A stretch of 64,000 nucleotides of DNA from Felis catus (Eukaryota). Positions 1-12,379 of the stretch are shown here, one piece after another. The notes below the pieces were generated by a model. That model did not search any database. It saw only the letters and a list, made by a program, of their open reading frames with translations, and was not told where the DNA came from. The stretch spans positions 92,814,001 to 92,878,000 of the forward strand of contig NC_058370.1 in the NCBI RefSeq assembly GCF_018350175.1. The letters run 5' to 3'. A program made the translations under genes and the position numbers. The number at the start of each line of letters is the position of its first letter. The first letter of the stretch is position 1.

Positions 1-1329
1 CACAAAATAAAAAGGATACATTCCCAGTTGGAAAATTTGGTGACAGGGTTTGTGTTAGAAACATGTAAAAGTTGCACATATTTAAACAAGTTCCCAGCTG
101 TGAATTAATCAGGGGAATAATGTTTTCTTAAGAGTAAATTGAGAAATTGCCTCCTCTGTATTAGAAAGACTGATTCCCAGAGAGATTTGCTTTCAGCTTA
201 GAGCCCCAGTGGGATAGCATTTCTTTTCTTTCTTCTACCAAGGCCATAGAAAAGGAACAAAGGACTGAGAAGGGATAGGATGCCCCTTCCGGGCACCTTG
301 AGTGACAGTAAGGCAAACAAGGGTCATCACTTTAATTAGCTTTAATAACCCAAAGCAGGGTGAGAGATTCCCTCCTGAGACAAAAGTTGCTGCTAGCTGC
401 CGAAAGGATGTTAGTGAAAATTCTGTTATGTCAAAAGTCTTGCCGCATGATTTGAAGTTTTTATTAAGGAGTACAGGAAGTTAGAGGCTTCTGTGCAACA
501 TGTGAGAGGAAATCAAAAAGGAGATGAAATCTAATGCCTTTTTTTTCCCCAGCTAAAATCTGGCTTCTTTTAAGGATATAGTCTTAGTATATTAGAATGG
601 CTTTATTAACGCACAAGATACTCATTACTTTTAATGATAAAAGGGAATATTGAAAGGGAATATGAATCATTAATGAATGCTCAGGGAAGAATGAATCTGT
701 CCCACCTCACCCCTCTCACACACTTGCTTAGAGGTTTCAAAGAGCTGAAAACAAGTAATTTACCCTCTGAACGTTAAGCTCTCAATTCAAAATCTTTGAC
801 ACAGCTAGTTCTAGTAAGGGGTGGAGTCCTTGACCCTCCATTCACATTGTAGCTTGGAATTTTATCATCTGCTCTAACATCCAGAAATATGACTGATTAA
901 CCTAGTTATATTTTAAATGATGCGAACTCTAGATTTTCATGAGACTCTGATCCTTTGCATTTTGGCAGTGCTACAAGTTCTAAGCTCTTGTTTCTACATA
1001 TTGACCTGAATTTTCACTGTTTGATCTGAACTTTTAAGGAGTGCACATTTAAAAATCTATTTTTTTTAAGCTAAGCATGATTATCCTCTTTTCTGGTATT
1101 AATTAATAAATAGACTGGACTGCAGGATATTTAGTAGAAGTTCTCATAATCTTCAGCCAAAGTGTAGTGGGATAGATTCCTTCTGGAGAGACGGAGGGTA
1201 CAAGGACTGCAAAGCCTAGATCAGAGGTTCAGGGATCCTCCCCTTGTATGGCAGATTCTATTTCTAGGTTACTCATGTCTTTTCCTTTCAGAAGCCTCCC
1301 AACCCCTGCCCTTCTGTTAAGAAATCAAT

Positions 1330-1715
1330 CATGTGTTTGTGCTTCTGGCTTACAGAATAAGGTACATAATCCAGTGTGGCCAGTATGAATATTTTTGATA
1401 GGTAGTGACATGCAAGGCATATCTTACCACTAATTCTCAGGAATAGAAAACAATGGAAACCCAGGATGGCCTGGCGCAGCTATTCTGGCATATAGGGTAA
1501 GTTTGCTTGAGAATGAAATCAACAGACAGAAAAACTGAGTCAACAGATGGAGGAAAGGAGATAGATCTCTGACTACAGTTTGCCCTCCTGGATTCATCTG
1601 TGTCTGGAGCAAGTTTTACTGCCTTTGGACTTTGTAGTTATATGGGCTAATACAGTTTTTCTTTTGCTTTAGCTAATTAAACATTAGTTTCTCTCACATG
1701 TAGCCATAATAAACA
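1330..1715 (+). mobile_element. MaLR LTR (MLT1J/K-like)
   Basis: 3' end ctttggactttgtagttatatgggctaataca...tttctctcacatgtagcca. Confidence 0.6.
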
Positions 1716-1796
1716 TGAAAAATAGGCTGTCTCATCTGTTTGTAAAGTGGTCACTAGAGAAAACTTCAAACAACTAGGTTGCATGAACTATTTTGA

Positions 1797-1967
1797 AAAA
1801 AAAATTATTTTTGAGACAGAGAGAGAGAGAGAGGGAGAAGGGCAGAGAGAGAGGAAGACACAGAATCTGATGTAGGCTCCAGGCTCCGAGCTGTCAGCAC
1901 AGAGCCCAACACGGGGCTCCAACTCATGAACTCAGATGCTTAACCAACTGAGCCACCCAGGAGCCCC
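1797..1967 (-). mobile_element. SINEC_Fc (CanSINE), internally deleted
   Basis: Typical head, (CT)n and A tail on the minus strand; 16-bp TSD gcatgaactattttga. Confidence 0.92.
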
Positions 1968-2400
1968 AGCATGAACTATTTTGATGCTATATTTATCTGA
2001 AAGTCAACAGCCAGTGGTGGGTAAAAACACAAAAAACAAACTGGCTCCAATAAATTATATCTTTGCTGATTGTGTACAAAGTAACAGAAAAAGATCAAGT
2101 TATATTTGAGAAGGGTAAATGGGATAGTAACAGTGAATCCGATTTTCTTTTTTCGTGGTCATCCTTTCATTGTAAGTTCTATGAAAGGATTGTCTCTAAA
2201 TATAGCATTCATTATTGTTATATTTTCCTGCTATCAAAAAGTGATGTTTCCTTTTATAAAAAAAGGATGCATAACATTTGACTGTAGTCAGAATGCTAGA
2301 GTTTATTACATGTGAGGCAGGTACCCACACTACACGTGATGACAAAGTACAAATCCTTTAGTGTTAGGTAATGTGACAATACATTTATTTATTCTTTAAA

Positions 2401-3122
2401 AAAGATCAAAACTGGGCCAAAGACCTTAAAAGACACCTCATCAAAGAAGATAGAAAGATGGCAAATAAGCCTGTGAACAGATGTTCCACATCATATGTCA
2501 TTAGGGAAATGTAAACATGAATGAGATACCATTACACANNNNNNNNNNNNNNNNNNNNNNNNNNNNNNNNNNNNNNNNNNNNNNNNNNNNNNNNNNNNNN
2601 NNNNNNNNNNNNNNNNNNNNNNNNNNNNNNNNNNNNNNNNNNNNNNNNNNNNNNNNNNNNNNNNNNNNNNNNNNNNNNNNNNNNNNNNNNNNNNNNNNNN
2701 NNNNNNNNNNNNNNNNNNNNNNNNNNNNNNNNNNNNNNNNNNNNNNNNNNNNNNNNNNNNNNNNNNNNNNNNNNNNNNNNNNNNNNNNNNNNNNNNNNNN
2801 NNNNNNNNNNNNNNNNNNNNNNNNNNNNNNNNNNNNNNNNNNNNNNNNNNNNNNNNNNNNNNNNNNNNNNNNNNNNNNNNNATTATTTAGTACTAAAAAC
2901 AAATGAACTATCAAGCAGTGAAAAGACAACCTTAAACACATTATTACTAAGTTAAAGAAGCCAATCTTAAAAGGCTATATACTGTGTTTCTCCAACTGTA
3001 AGACATTGTGAAAAGGCAAAACTATGGAGACAATAACAAGATCAGTGGTCTCCAGGAGTTGAGGTGAGGAGGGATGATTAGATGAAGCATAGAGGACTTT
3101 TAGGACAACTATGCTGTTTGCC
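2401..3122 (+). mobile_element. L1 (L1MC1-like) ORF2 C-terminus and 3'UTR, spanning an N gap
   Basis: ggcaaataagc...catcatatgtcattagggaaatg; gaagccaatc..aaaaggctatatactgt; aaaggcaaaactatggagaca. Confidence 0.85.
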
Positions 3123-3978
3123 NNNNNNNNNNNNNNNNNNNNNNNNNNNNNNNNNNNNNNNNNNNNNNNNNNNNNNNNNNNNNNNNNNNNNNNNNNNNNN
3201 NNNNNNNNNNNNNNNNNNNNNNNNNNNNNNNNNNNNNNNNNNNNNNNNNNNNNNNNNNNNNNNNNNNNNNNNNNNNNNNNNNNNNNNNNNNNNNNNNNNN
3301 NNNNNNNNNNNNNNNNNNNNNNNNNNNNNNNNNNNATCCTAAGGTGAGGATGATATGTACTGTTGAGGTTTCATCCTGAATCTCTCTTTATTTCTGGAAT
3401 GCTTTAGATATTCTCAGTGTTGGTCATAGAACTCCTTCCCCCTGGAAAAAAGTGATTGAGTGGCAAAGTAAAAGACCAGTTTGAAATGTAATAACTTATT
3501 TAATATGCTTCCCACGTGGTCTGTCCAGCTTCCATTATTTTCCACATTGCTAATAGTTTGCCATAAAAGCAAGCACTGATAGTTTGTGATGGATCCTAGA
3601 AGAAATATTTTTTTTTTTAAATTAATGATCTCAGGATTGGAAGAAAGTAGTTCATCTGTGCTCCAGTATGAAGAAATCAATTAAAATTTGAATCTGCAAC
3701 TGTTTGAAAATAGTATAAACAAAGGTTCCATGTGTTGGGTGTAGGAGAAAGGCTGCTTTTGTTAATGTGAAGCTATAATCATTTATTGACAAATAAGATA
3801 ACAAATGGATTGAGAATATACATTCTAGAGCTATCCTTGTTCTTGTCCTTGCAATTACTCCTGACCTGGGCAACTTACTTAACCTCCCTAAATTCTCTTA
3901 TCCTTATCCTGGGCTAGAAAATGGGAATAATGATCCTCAGTGCTTATTACCATGAGGACTTGATTTAAAAAATCTCTA

Positions 3979-4196
3979 GGGGCTCCTGGGTGGCTCAGTC
4001 AGTTAAGTGTCCTACTCTTGATTTTGGCTCAGGTTACCATCTGGTGGTCCTGAGATAGAGCCCCATGATGCGCTCTGTAATGACAGCAGGGAGTCTGATT
4101 GGGATTCTCTCTCTTCCTCTCTCTCTTCCCCTCCTCCACTTGTGCACGCTCTCTCTCTCTCTCAAAATAAACAAATAAACATTTAAAAAATAAAAA
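3979..4196 (+). mobile_element. CanSINE (older SINEC subfamily)
   Basis: ggggctcctgggtggctcagtcagttaag head, (CT)n, aaaataaa tail. Confidence 0.92.
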
Positions 4197-4539
4197 TTTG
4201 TATCTAGCATATAGAAGATAATGTTGATTATGATGATAACTGTATATGATTTATCATATTTTATAAAAAATAATTACTAAGATGTCTCTAATCTTCCTTT
4301 GCTTTCTGTCTCTACTGGCCTTAGGCAAGTGACTTAAAATACCTAGGACTTGGTTTCCTCAACTCATCTCAAACATGGATTGATTAAAAGTACATGGGGG
4401 CAGATAACAAGATATAGAAATAAAGTTGATAAAACACCAAGCAAAACAGTTATTAACTACTGGCTAATCTTTCTTATTGTTAATAATAGCATTCTTTGTA
4501 TATCTAATAAGGTTATATAATAGCTCTTCCTTACTTGGT

Positions 4540-5042
4540 TTGGGGAGAGGAAATCTTTCAGGAACCCTGAGCTTCCTTGCAAGTTCTTACTGGGTAAGCC
4601 AAGAATGCAACACTCTAATCATTCTTTATCAGGGCCATTTCTCAGGGGTATGTTTGCAGGGCAACCTGGAAATATTAGGTAACTCCTCTCCATCCCTTTC
4701 TTACACCTCCCCTCCCCACTTTTCTCTGCTCATAGAAAAGAGCAGGTATATTTCTGTTTTCTGTCAAAATGGTGAATCCCTCAAACTCAGTCATCCTACC
4801 TTATAACACAACCAGTTTCATGTGCAATCACCTGTGTTAGGGCCTTTACATTTACTCAGTGGAATTTTGAGGAGCACAGAGAACTGGTGAAAATTAATGT
4901 GAAGCTCTGGCTAACGTTGTTGCCATGAGTAATAAAAGCCTTTGACTCTGACCCAGGGGATTCAACATTCTTCAAACTGTGGCAAGCTAACACATTAGTT
5001 TGTAAGTAGGCTAAAATTTCACATGCTGCACAGTTCTTCACA
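4540..5042 (+). mobile_element. ERVL solo LTR (LTR40-like)
   Basis: aataaaagcctttgactctgacccagg...aaactgtggcaagctaac...cacagttcttcaca terminus. Confidence 0.7.
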
Positions 5043-7152
5043 TAAGGATACCTCCAAAACATAATCTGAAACAGTAGTTTCCTAAGGAACATAAAAAAAT
5101 TATTTAAATAACTTATAATTGATACACTGAAAATATAATTCATTATTATATGAATATGGCACTTAGGATAAAGGGAGATTGACTAAAACCACTACATAAT
5201 AGTGTATTATATGTTTTTAGTTGATAAACATGTAAAATTGATTTCTCAATACTATCAAAAGCAATGCACAAAAAAGTATAATAAGAAAAAGTTAGGAAAT
5301 TCTAATATATGGCATTCCATCCAAGTTAAATAGTATCTAACTAGGAAAATGAAACTTTTTGTTCAAAGCCCCTCCTGACATTTTGATCTAAGTCAAGAGG
5401 AAAGTTTTAAGTGTAGAGCTCAGAGTTGAATCTGATAATTGACAAGTCTTGCCTTATTATAACACGTGGGATTGTAAGGAGAAATATGTCCTGAGAAACT
5501 GAACTTTTAAATTTTAGATGTTTGTATATAGAAATTAAGTTCAGAAAATGCATGAAAGAGATAGAAAGGTAAGGAACAATTTTGAATTGAAAGAGCTACC
5601 TATATAATTCCTTGTTTTAATGTTTCTTGTGAGTTAAGTTTACATATATTTGAAAAGCAGCATATTCAAGAGCAATGTATTGATTTTCTTTTTTTTTTTT
5701 TTTTTTTTTTTCCACAGAATGTATGTTCAATTGAAATGTGGAGGCAGAATGTTTATCCTTGTGAATTCTGGTCAAAATATTGCTGTGCTTTCATCTGGAA
5801 TCCTCTCCACCTTGATTCTAAACATATAAAAATAATAAAGTATTTTTACATCATATAGATACCCCCATGAAACAAAAATGGAACCAAAATCTGTAACAAT
5901 AAATGAAGCCTGAGCTCCAATTCTATGAAGTTCCTAGATCAAAAGCTGGTGGAAGCAGCTGGGGAATTGACTCTGTCAGAATAAGAAGTATCATACCATC
6001 CTATATGTGTCTGTGGGCAAGAGTCATGCTGAAATCTGAAAACACACAAAAATAAATGCGAAAAAGCTATAATTACTGCCTGGGGCTGCTCCAGGAAAGC
6101 TGGAGGGAACAGACATGTCCATCTCACCTGGGACCAGCGCTAAGCCATCTAGATTCAGGAGTTAGAAATATGTCATCCCTTATAGCATGAGACACCTGAA
6201 ATTCCAATATAAGAAGTGATTCTAAATGTAGGATCTCATTTTGCAGGCTGGAAACCACTACGATATATGGGTGACCATGGGAAGTAAAAAAATAAATGTG
6301 TGCACACATTGAGACACTTATTCAAGATGAATTGACATTTTAAGGCCTACAGCACAAAGAAAAATAACAAATTAAAAAAACAACAGAAAATTCAACAAGT
6401 GAGATAATTAACTTATGAGGGTATGCAGATAACATAGCAATCTTTGAAAAGGACTATAAAATGATCTTAATCTGTTTGTAGTGATAAAGGAAGGGATAAC
6501 ATTCATAAATTACCAACGGTAAATTGTGAAACAAGACATAGGTGGATATGATGAGGAATGAGTTGAAATATAAAAACATCATTAGAGATCCTGGAAGTTA
6601 AAAACATTATCAAAGAAAAAAATAAATGTGATAAATTTTGAATGGGCCACCAAAGTAGAGAAAATTATTGAACTGTATGTCATAATGAGAAAATGGCTAA
6701 AATGTAATATAGGGAAAAAAGTTAAGAGAAACAGAAGATAGTTTTAGATTCATCAACATATACATCAGAGAAGTTTCAAAGGAAAAAAAAAAGATAAAGA
6801 GTAGAGAGGTAATCTTCAAAGAAATAATGACAGAGTCATTTTCTGAATCAATGAAAGACATGAATCATCAGTTAGCAAGCCAAAGAGTATTGATCAGGAT
6901 AAATAAAAGTAAACACACACCTAAACACACTGTGAAATTACCAAACAACAAGGAGGAAAATAATCTTTAAAAGCTTCAGGGAGAAAAACCAGAGTGTCTA
7001 CACAGGAATCACAATTACTGATACAGTCCTTTCAGTAGTAACAAGAACTGCCCAAAGACCATGGAGTATTATTTTCAAAGGTCTGTGAGAAAATCAGAGT
7101 CAACCTTCAATTTTACACTCAACTAAACTACCATTTACAAGTGTGCTTTGCT

Positions 7153-7187
7153 TTTTTCTAATGTTTTATCTATTTTTGAGAGAAAGA

Positions 7188-7228
<41 letters not shown>

Positions 7229-7389
7229 CAAGTGGGGGAGGGGCAGAGAGAGTTGGGGGGAACAGAGGATCCAAAGCAGGCTCTGTGCTATAAGCAGAGA
7301 GCCTGATGTAGGGCTCGAACTCATGAAGTGTGAGATCATGACCTAAGCCAAAGTTAGACGCTCTACCAAGCAACCCACCAAGGTGCCCC
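7153..7389 (-). mobile_element. SINEC_Fc inserted in an old L1
   Basis: (GA)n, gggctcgaactcatgaagtgtgagatcatgacc, ggtgcccc end; TSD aagtgtg. Confidence 0.92.
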
Positions 7390-7486
7390 TATAAGTGTGT
7401 TTTAAACAAAAACATTAGATTTAAAATACTAAAATTATTTGCCATAAACAAGTATTTTTAAATTTTACTAGTAAAAGATATGGTGA

Positions 7487-7608
7487 GGGGTGCCTGGGTG
7501 CTTCAGTCGGTAGAGCACCCGACTCTTGATCTCAGGGTCATGAGGTCAAGCCTCACAATGGGTATGGAGACTACCTAAAAAAAATAAAAATTAATAAAAA
7601 CAATAAAA
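7487..7608 (+). mobile_element. Short tRNA-Lys-like CanSINE (no CT tract)
   Basis: ggggtgcctgggtgcttcagtcggtagagcacccgactcttgatctcaggg plus A tail; TSD taaaagatat(g/a)gtga. Confidence 0.88.
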
Positions 7609-8029
7609 TAAAAGATATAGTGAAATGTGAACCTAGAAGGAGGACTGTGATATCAAAAGCAAAAGAGTTGTAAAATGTTGGAAAAATGCATTTTTTAAAA
7701 GGGATGGATTCAAAATTCTAAATAACAATAACATAGAATGTGGATGGGAAAGCCCAGAAAGTGGGTGTGAAGAGGACATTGTCTAGTTCAGGAGGAAAAT
7801 AAATATGGAAAGTAACCTTGCATTTTGACAAAAAGGTATAAAGTTAAACATGTATGAAAAGACATCAAGTGGGATATATTCACTTACTCAGTACATATCT
7901 AGTTAGGGCTTAATATGTGCCAGGCAGAGTGTGCTGGAACTTCAGCCAATATTCTTAGCTGAGGAAAAACTGTGAGGTGCCAAATATTAAGACAGTCACC
8001 GGCTACAGACGGACAGTGCCAGACATTAA

Positions 8030-8830
8030 GGCTACCCCTGTGAGGGTTGCTGTGAACGAATTCTCAGTACAAAGGAAGAAAAAGGAGTTCTTGATGCATA
8101 CTTACAAAACTTGGGTTGTATTAGAACATGAAGACTGGTAACCAGTGAAGGAATTCCTACAGACATATTTAGAACACTAAAAGGACTTGAAGGAACCATG
8201 GTGCGGCAAACCTCTGAAGAAGATGGGGCATTTCTTGCAGAACTTTTCCTTAGCTCCACAAAGAGAAAAAGGCCATGATACATCTTCTAAAACATAATCA
8301 TGCTCATTTGTAAAATTATGATTGCTTGATTTTCATTTCTATGAAGAGCTCTATTAACACAATATGGTATAGATTGCATTGTAGAAATGTATGTTATGAA
8401 CTGTTCTCACCAAAATTGAATTGACTGGTGAGTTGTGTAACTAGCAGGCTGCCAAATTCAGATCATATTTCACCATGAATAGTCTTAGGAAAGTGTGAGG
8501 TAGAAGAAAGGCCATCTACTTGGGCATAGGAATTTTACAATTAGGTTATGAAAGAGATGATACGTGAATATTGCCACTTTATTCAAAGTTGACTCAATGT
8601 TTTCTGGTCAATTGCACATTATAAACCCTTCAATGCATTTCTCGTCGTTTCCAAAAGAATGCACCTCAAGGAGCTGAGCTTCTCCTCAATATAAGAATTG
8701 TACATTATCCTCCACACTATCAGACAACAACAACAAAAAAGATAACTGAGACCAATTTTGTTGGTTTAGATGAACATAGTTTAGAAACCTCACGGAGTTA
8801 AACCAAACCTTTTCTGAGCAATCACTAAAA
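8030..8830 (-). pseudogene. Decayed coding segment with a second RGS-like repeat, downstream of an L1 insertion
   Basis: Reads SVRFLNYVHLNQQNWSQLSFLLLL /fs/ VWRIMYNSYIEEKLSSLRCILLETTRNALKGL*...CKIPMPK*MAFLLPHTFL. Non-repeat composition with retained CpGs. Confidence 0.45.
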
Positions 8831-8841
8831 AAATAGCACTA

Positions 8842-9745
8842 TGAAAAGATGCTCAATGTCACTAATCATCATGAAAATACCACAACGATCAAAACCACAA
8901 TGATATACCCCCTCACACGTGTTAGAACACCTATCATCAAAAAGACAAAGAGATAAGAAGTGTTGGTGAGGATATGGAGAAAAGACAACACTTGTGCACT
9001 GCTGATAGGAATATAAATTGGTGCAGCCACTGTGGAAAACAGTATGGAAGTTCCTCAAAAAATTACAAATGGAGCCACCACATGATCCAGCAATTTCACT
9101 TCTGCATATATACTCAAATGAAATGAAAACAAGATATTGAAGAGATATCTGCATCCCATGTTCAGTGCAGCATTATTCACAGCAGCCAAGATATGGAAAC
9201 AACCTAGGAGTCCACTAACAGATGAATGGATAAAGAAGATGAGGTACATATGTATATATATTATACAGAATATTATACAGAAATGAGAAAAAAATCTTGC
9301 CATTTGCAACAACATGGATGGACCTTGAGCACGTTATGCTAAGCGAAATAATCCAGACAGAGAAAAACAAATACTGCATGATCTCATTTATGTATGCAAA
9401 CTGAAAAAATAAAAAGTCAAATACATAGAAATAGAGACTAGAAAAACGGTTGCAAGGGGCTGAATCAAGTCTGAGACTCTACTGTAAATCATGGTGACTG
9501 TAGTTGATAACTGTGTATTGTATAATTACAATTTTTTAAGAATAGAACTTGAATATGCTCACCACCCCCCCCGCCAAAAGAGAGATAAATATGTGAGGGG
9601 ATAGATGTGTTAATTAACTACATGGAAGAAATCCTTTTATAGCGTATATGTATATCAAATCACAACGTTGTGCACTTTAAATACCTTACACTTTTGTCAG
9701 TTAAACCTCAGTATAGCTGAAATTAAAAAAATAATAAAACTAAAA
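8842..9745 (+). mobile_element. 5'-truncated L1 (L1MA-type) with poly(A) tail and TSD
   Basis: ORF2 3' motifs (ggtgcagccactgtggaaaacagtatggaagttcctc; gcaacaacatggatggaccttgag), 3'UTR, A tail; TSD aaaaaaata(g/a)cacta. Confidence 0.93.
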
Positions 9746-9772
9746 AAAAAAATAACACTAATCATAAGATAC

Positions 9773-10440
9773 CTGGTTTCCTACTAATGAGACCTGTGCC
9801 AAATTGTAGAATTTTGTTAGTGTTGTGTAAATTGTTCTTTTTGCAGGTTGTCAAACAGGGGAAGAATATTTCAGAGAAAAAAAAATATGATGTGGAGCTA
9901 CTTCTCTGAGGAACTATGTGGAGAAGTCAACTCTTTCTTTTTAATGTTTATTTATTTTGAGAGAAAGAGAGAAAGAGCATGAGTGGGAGAGAGGCAGAGA
10001 CAGAAAGTAGGATAAAGAGAGAATACCATTCAGGCTCTGCACTGTCAGAGCAGAGCCCAATGTGGGCTCCATCCCAGGAATGGTGAGATCTTGACCTGAG
10101 CCAAAACCAAGAGTTGGACGCTCAACTGACTGAGCCACCCAGGTGCACCTGGAGAAGTCAACTTTTAATGACTGTGTAAGGTAAAATAAAATTTTATTTA
10201 ATAACATGTATCACTAAGGATTAACAGGGGAAAAACAAGGATGATGGATAAAGCTCTACTAATTCCTATATGCAATCCCAATATAAAAGATCTCTTGCCT
10301 GAAAAATGTGGAAAAACCTCATGAGTACACGTGACTAGGGTGGCGGTTCAGGGAGATTAAACCTCCGGTAGTATTCTTTAGGAGGAAATGTACAAGGATG
10401 CTAATGATTGATGAAAAGTTCCCTGACAATCTGCTAAGAT
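9773..10440 (-). pseudogene. Decayed exon with a nearly complete RGS22-like RGS domain, interrupted by a SINE
   Basis: With SINE 9933-10149 and one TSD removed it reads VLMRFFHIFQARDLLYWDCI*ELVELYPSSLFFPC*SLVIHVIK*NFILPYT /fs/ SLKVDFST*FLREVAPHHIFFSLKYSSPV*QPAKRTIYTTLTKFYNLAQ. Motif order matches the RGS22 C-terminal RGS domain as recalled (LLFWQEVQKYKDL...ITTIINCFI...LQID...AQMTIFGVLFKFW). Confidence 0.55.
9933..10149 (-). mobile_element. CanSINE
   Basis: Full body; 14-bp TSD tggagaagtcaact. Confidence 0.93.
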
Positions 10441-11559
10441 AAAATGTAAAAATTCAATTAAGTATAGCTATAGAAAACAAAGCATTTTTTTTTGTATAAC
10501 TGAATCATGGGTCTAAATTTCATACATAATACAATCTTTTCTTAGAGACCTACTCCTTCAGGTGCTTTGCAGTAACTTGTCAATATTTTAATATATCTGG
10601 AAAGCAATCAAGAGCACATATTAAGCCTGGCAAATTGCATAGCCCAAGAGGGAAATGTTAGTTCTGGTCAAGGAATAAGGAGCCAGAGCCATAGGACAAC
10701 GTATTGTCAGATTATTTTGAGTATTTATGCAGAACTAGACTGTTCTAATGGATTTCTCAGAATGTCTTATTCCAAAGTCAGTAAAATTTTAATTAACCTA
10801 ATTTCCCTCATTCTGATTCCATGCTCCCCAAGCAACCATCAACTTATGAAGCTCAATCAAAAAGACTTAAAATATTTATGATCTTTCTGACAGTGATTTC
10901 TAGAAGTAAATTATTACTCTTGGACCTCCTTTTCCCCCCTTTTTTGTTCCCATGCAATTTGAACATAGTGACAAGGTTTGTTTATAAATAAGCTGGCATA
11001 GCTGTCAGTGTATATGTTTCATATTTCACTGTAAGTTTGGCAATTTAGCAATCCCTTGTTTACCTTAGTTTTTTGGATATTGTATTTAGCATGACTCAGT
11101 CTTCTGGCTCAGGCCTCAACACCCATGAACACTGACAAAATAAGTATTTGAGAACCTAAAATGCTACCAGAGTGAGGTACTGGCTCATGAGATCTTGCAG
11201 AGCTCAAACCAGTCTTCCTTGAGACCTCACTGTTTCTACTTCTACTTCCTGACTCACTCTACTGACTTATACAATTTATACAATCCCTGTTTTAAAAAGG
11301 AAAGGCACATGAAGTCACATTTAAGGATATACGGTTGGTAATAGAGCCAGAGGAAACAGAACTAACATTTTATGGAGTCTTTACTACATTCCATGCACTG
11401 TGCCCAATATCTTATGCAGATTGTTCTTTTTAAGCCTCACTATTTCCTACACAGGTTTAGAAGGTTATACCATTAGTTCCACCAGATAACAGAGGTACCT
11501 GCTCACACAAAGCTGGCTTAGTGTATTCCCAGGGCACCTATGAACAGGTTAATATTAAT

Positions 11560-11768
11560 GTGTGGTCACTCAACTATCTATATCAGAATCAACCTGAGTG
11601 CTGATTAAACATATAGATTGATGATAGTCCCTTCCCTGCCCCCAAGTCATCAACAATAGCAATGACAAAACTATAAAGTCTGACTCTCCAAGCTGAGAAT
11701 CTGGAATCTGCATGATTAACCAGCAGCCCCAGGTGATTTTTGCACACTCTTAAGTCTGACATCCACTA
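11560..11768. mobile_element. MER5-type hAT-Charlie element
   Basis: atcagaatcaacctg...ggaatctgcatgattaaccagcagccccaggtgatttt. Confidence 0.7.
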
Positions 11769-12379
11769 CTATAACCAGCTATCTGTTTGCAGAAAGAACC
11801 AATGCAAAAAAAAAAAAAAAGTCATTGCTACTATCCTCAGTTATATTTCCCTCACTTTTTCCCTCTTTTTCCTCCCCTCTTTTTTCCCTACCATGAGACA
11901 TAAGCTAAAGTTTTTCCTTTAGTCAGTNNNNNNNNNNNNNNNNNNNNNNNNNNNNNNNNNNNNNNNNNNNNNNNNNNNNNNNNNNNNNNNNNNNNNNNNN
12001 NNNNNNNNNNNNNNNNNNNNNNNNNNNNNNNNNNNNNNNNNNNNNNNNNNNNNNNNNNNACATGTGTTTCTTTTCATTTCCTATCCTGGGAGTAGATACA
12101 ATTCTCAAGTGAACACTTTCAGAAAATATCTTGATAGAATCTCAAGATGTACTTGAGCAACTGGTACACAGTAATGATGACTGTGACTTAAGACTCTCCA
12201 GGGGCCAATCATAGGGCCATAAAAAATGCTTAAATCCAGGAAAGAAAACACAAAAGGAAGCCAAAAAGGCTGGTGAGGAGTCTGCAAATAAAGGTGCATA
12301 AACATTTTCTCTCCATTTTATAAAATCAACATATATTTAGCCTACACAGGTCAAAACAGAACTAACTCGTTTTGAATCG

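Larger units (their letters stand above)
6300..7860 (+). mobile_element. Old L1/HAL1 ORF1-region fragment carrying two SINEs
   Basis: A-rich ORF1-like text (aatcttcaaagaaataatgacagag...atgaaagacatgaatc). Confidence 0.7.

Noticed and set aside
7980-8820. Plus-strand reading as an endogenous viral element or processed pseudogene
   Set aside because: All plus frames are stop-rich with no recognisable viral or cellular motif. The minus strand gives ordered RGS-like motifs instead.
8825-9315. 109-aa and 86-aa minus ORFs
   Set aside because: Antisense frames of the L1 ORF2 3' end.
9840-9930. Plus-strand peptide AGCQTGEEYFREKKI*CGATSLRN resembling Artemis (DCLRE1C)
   Set aside because: Short, with no colinear flanking similarity; it is antisense to the better-supported reading.
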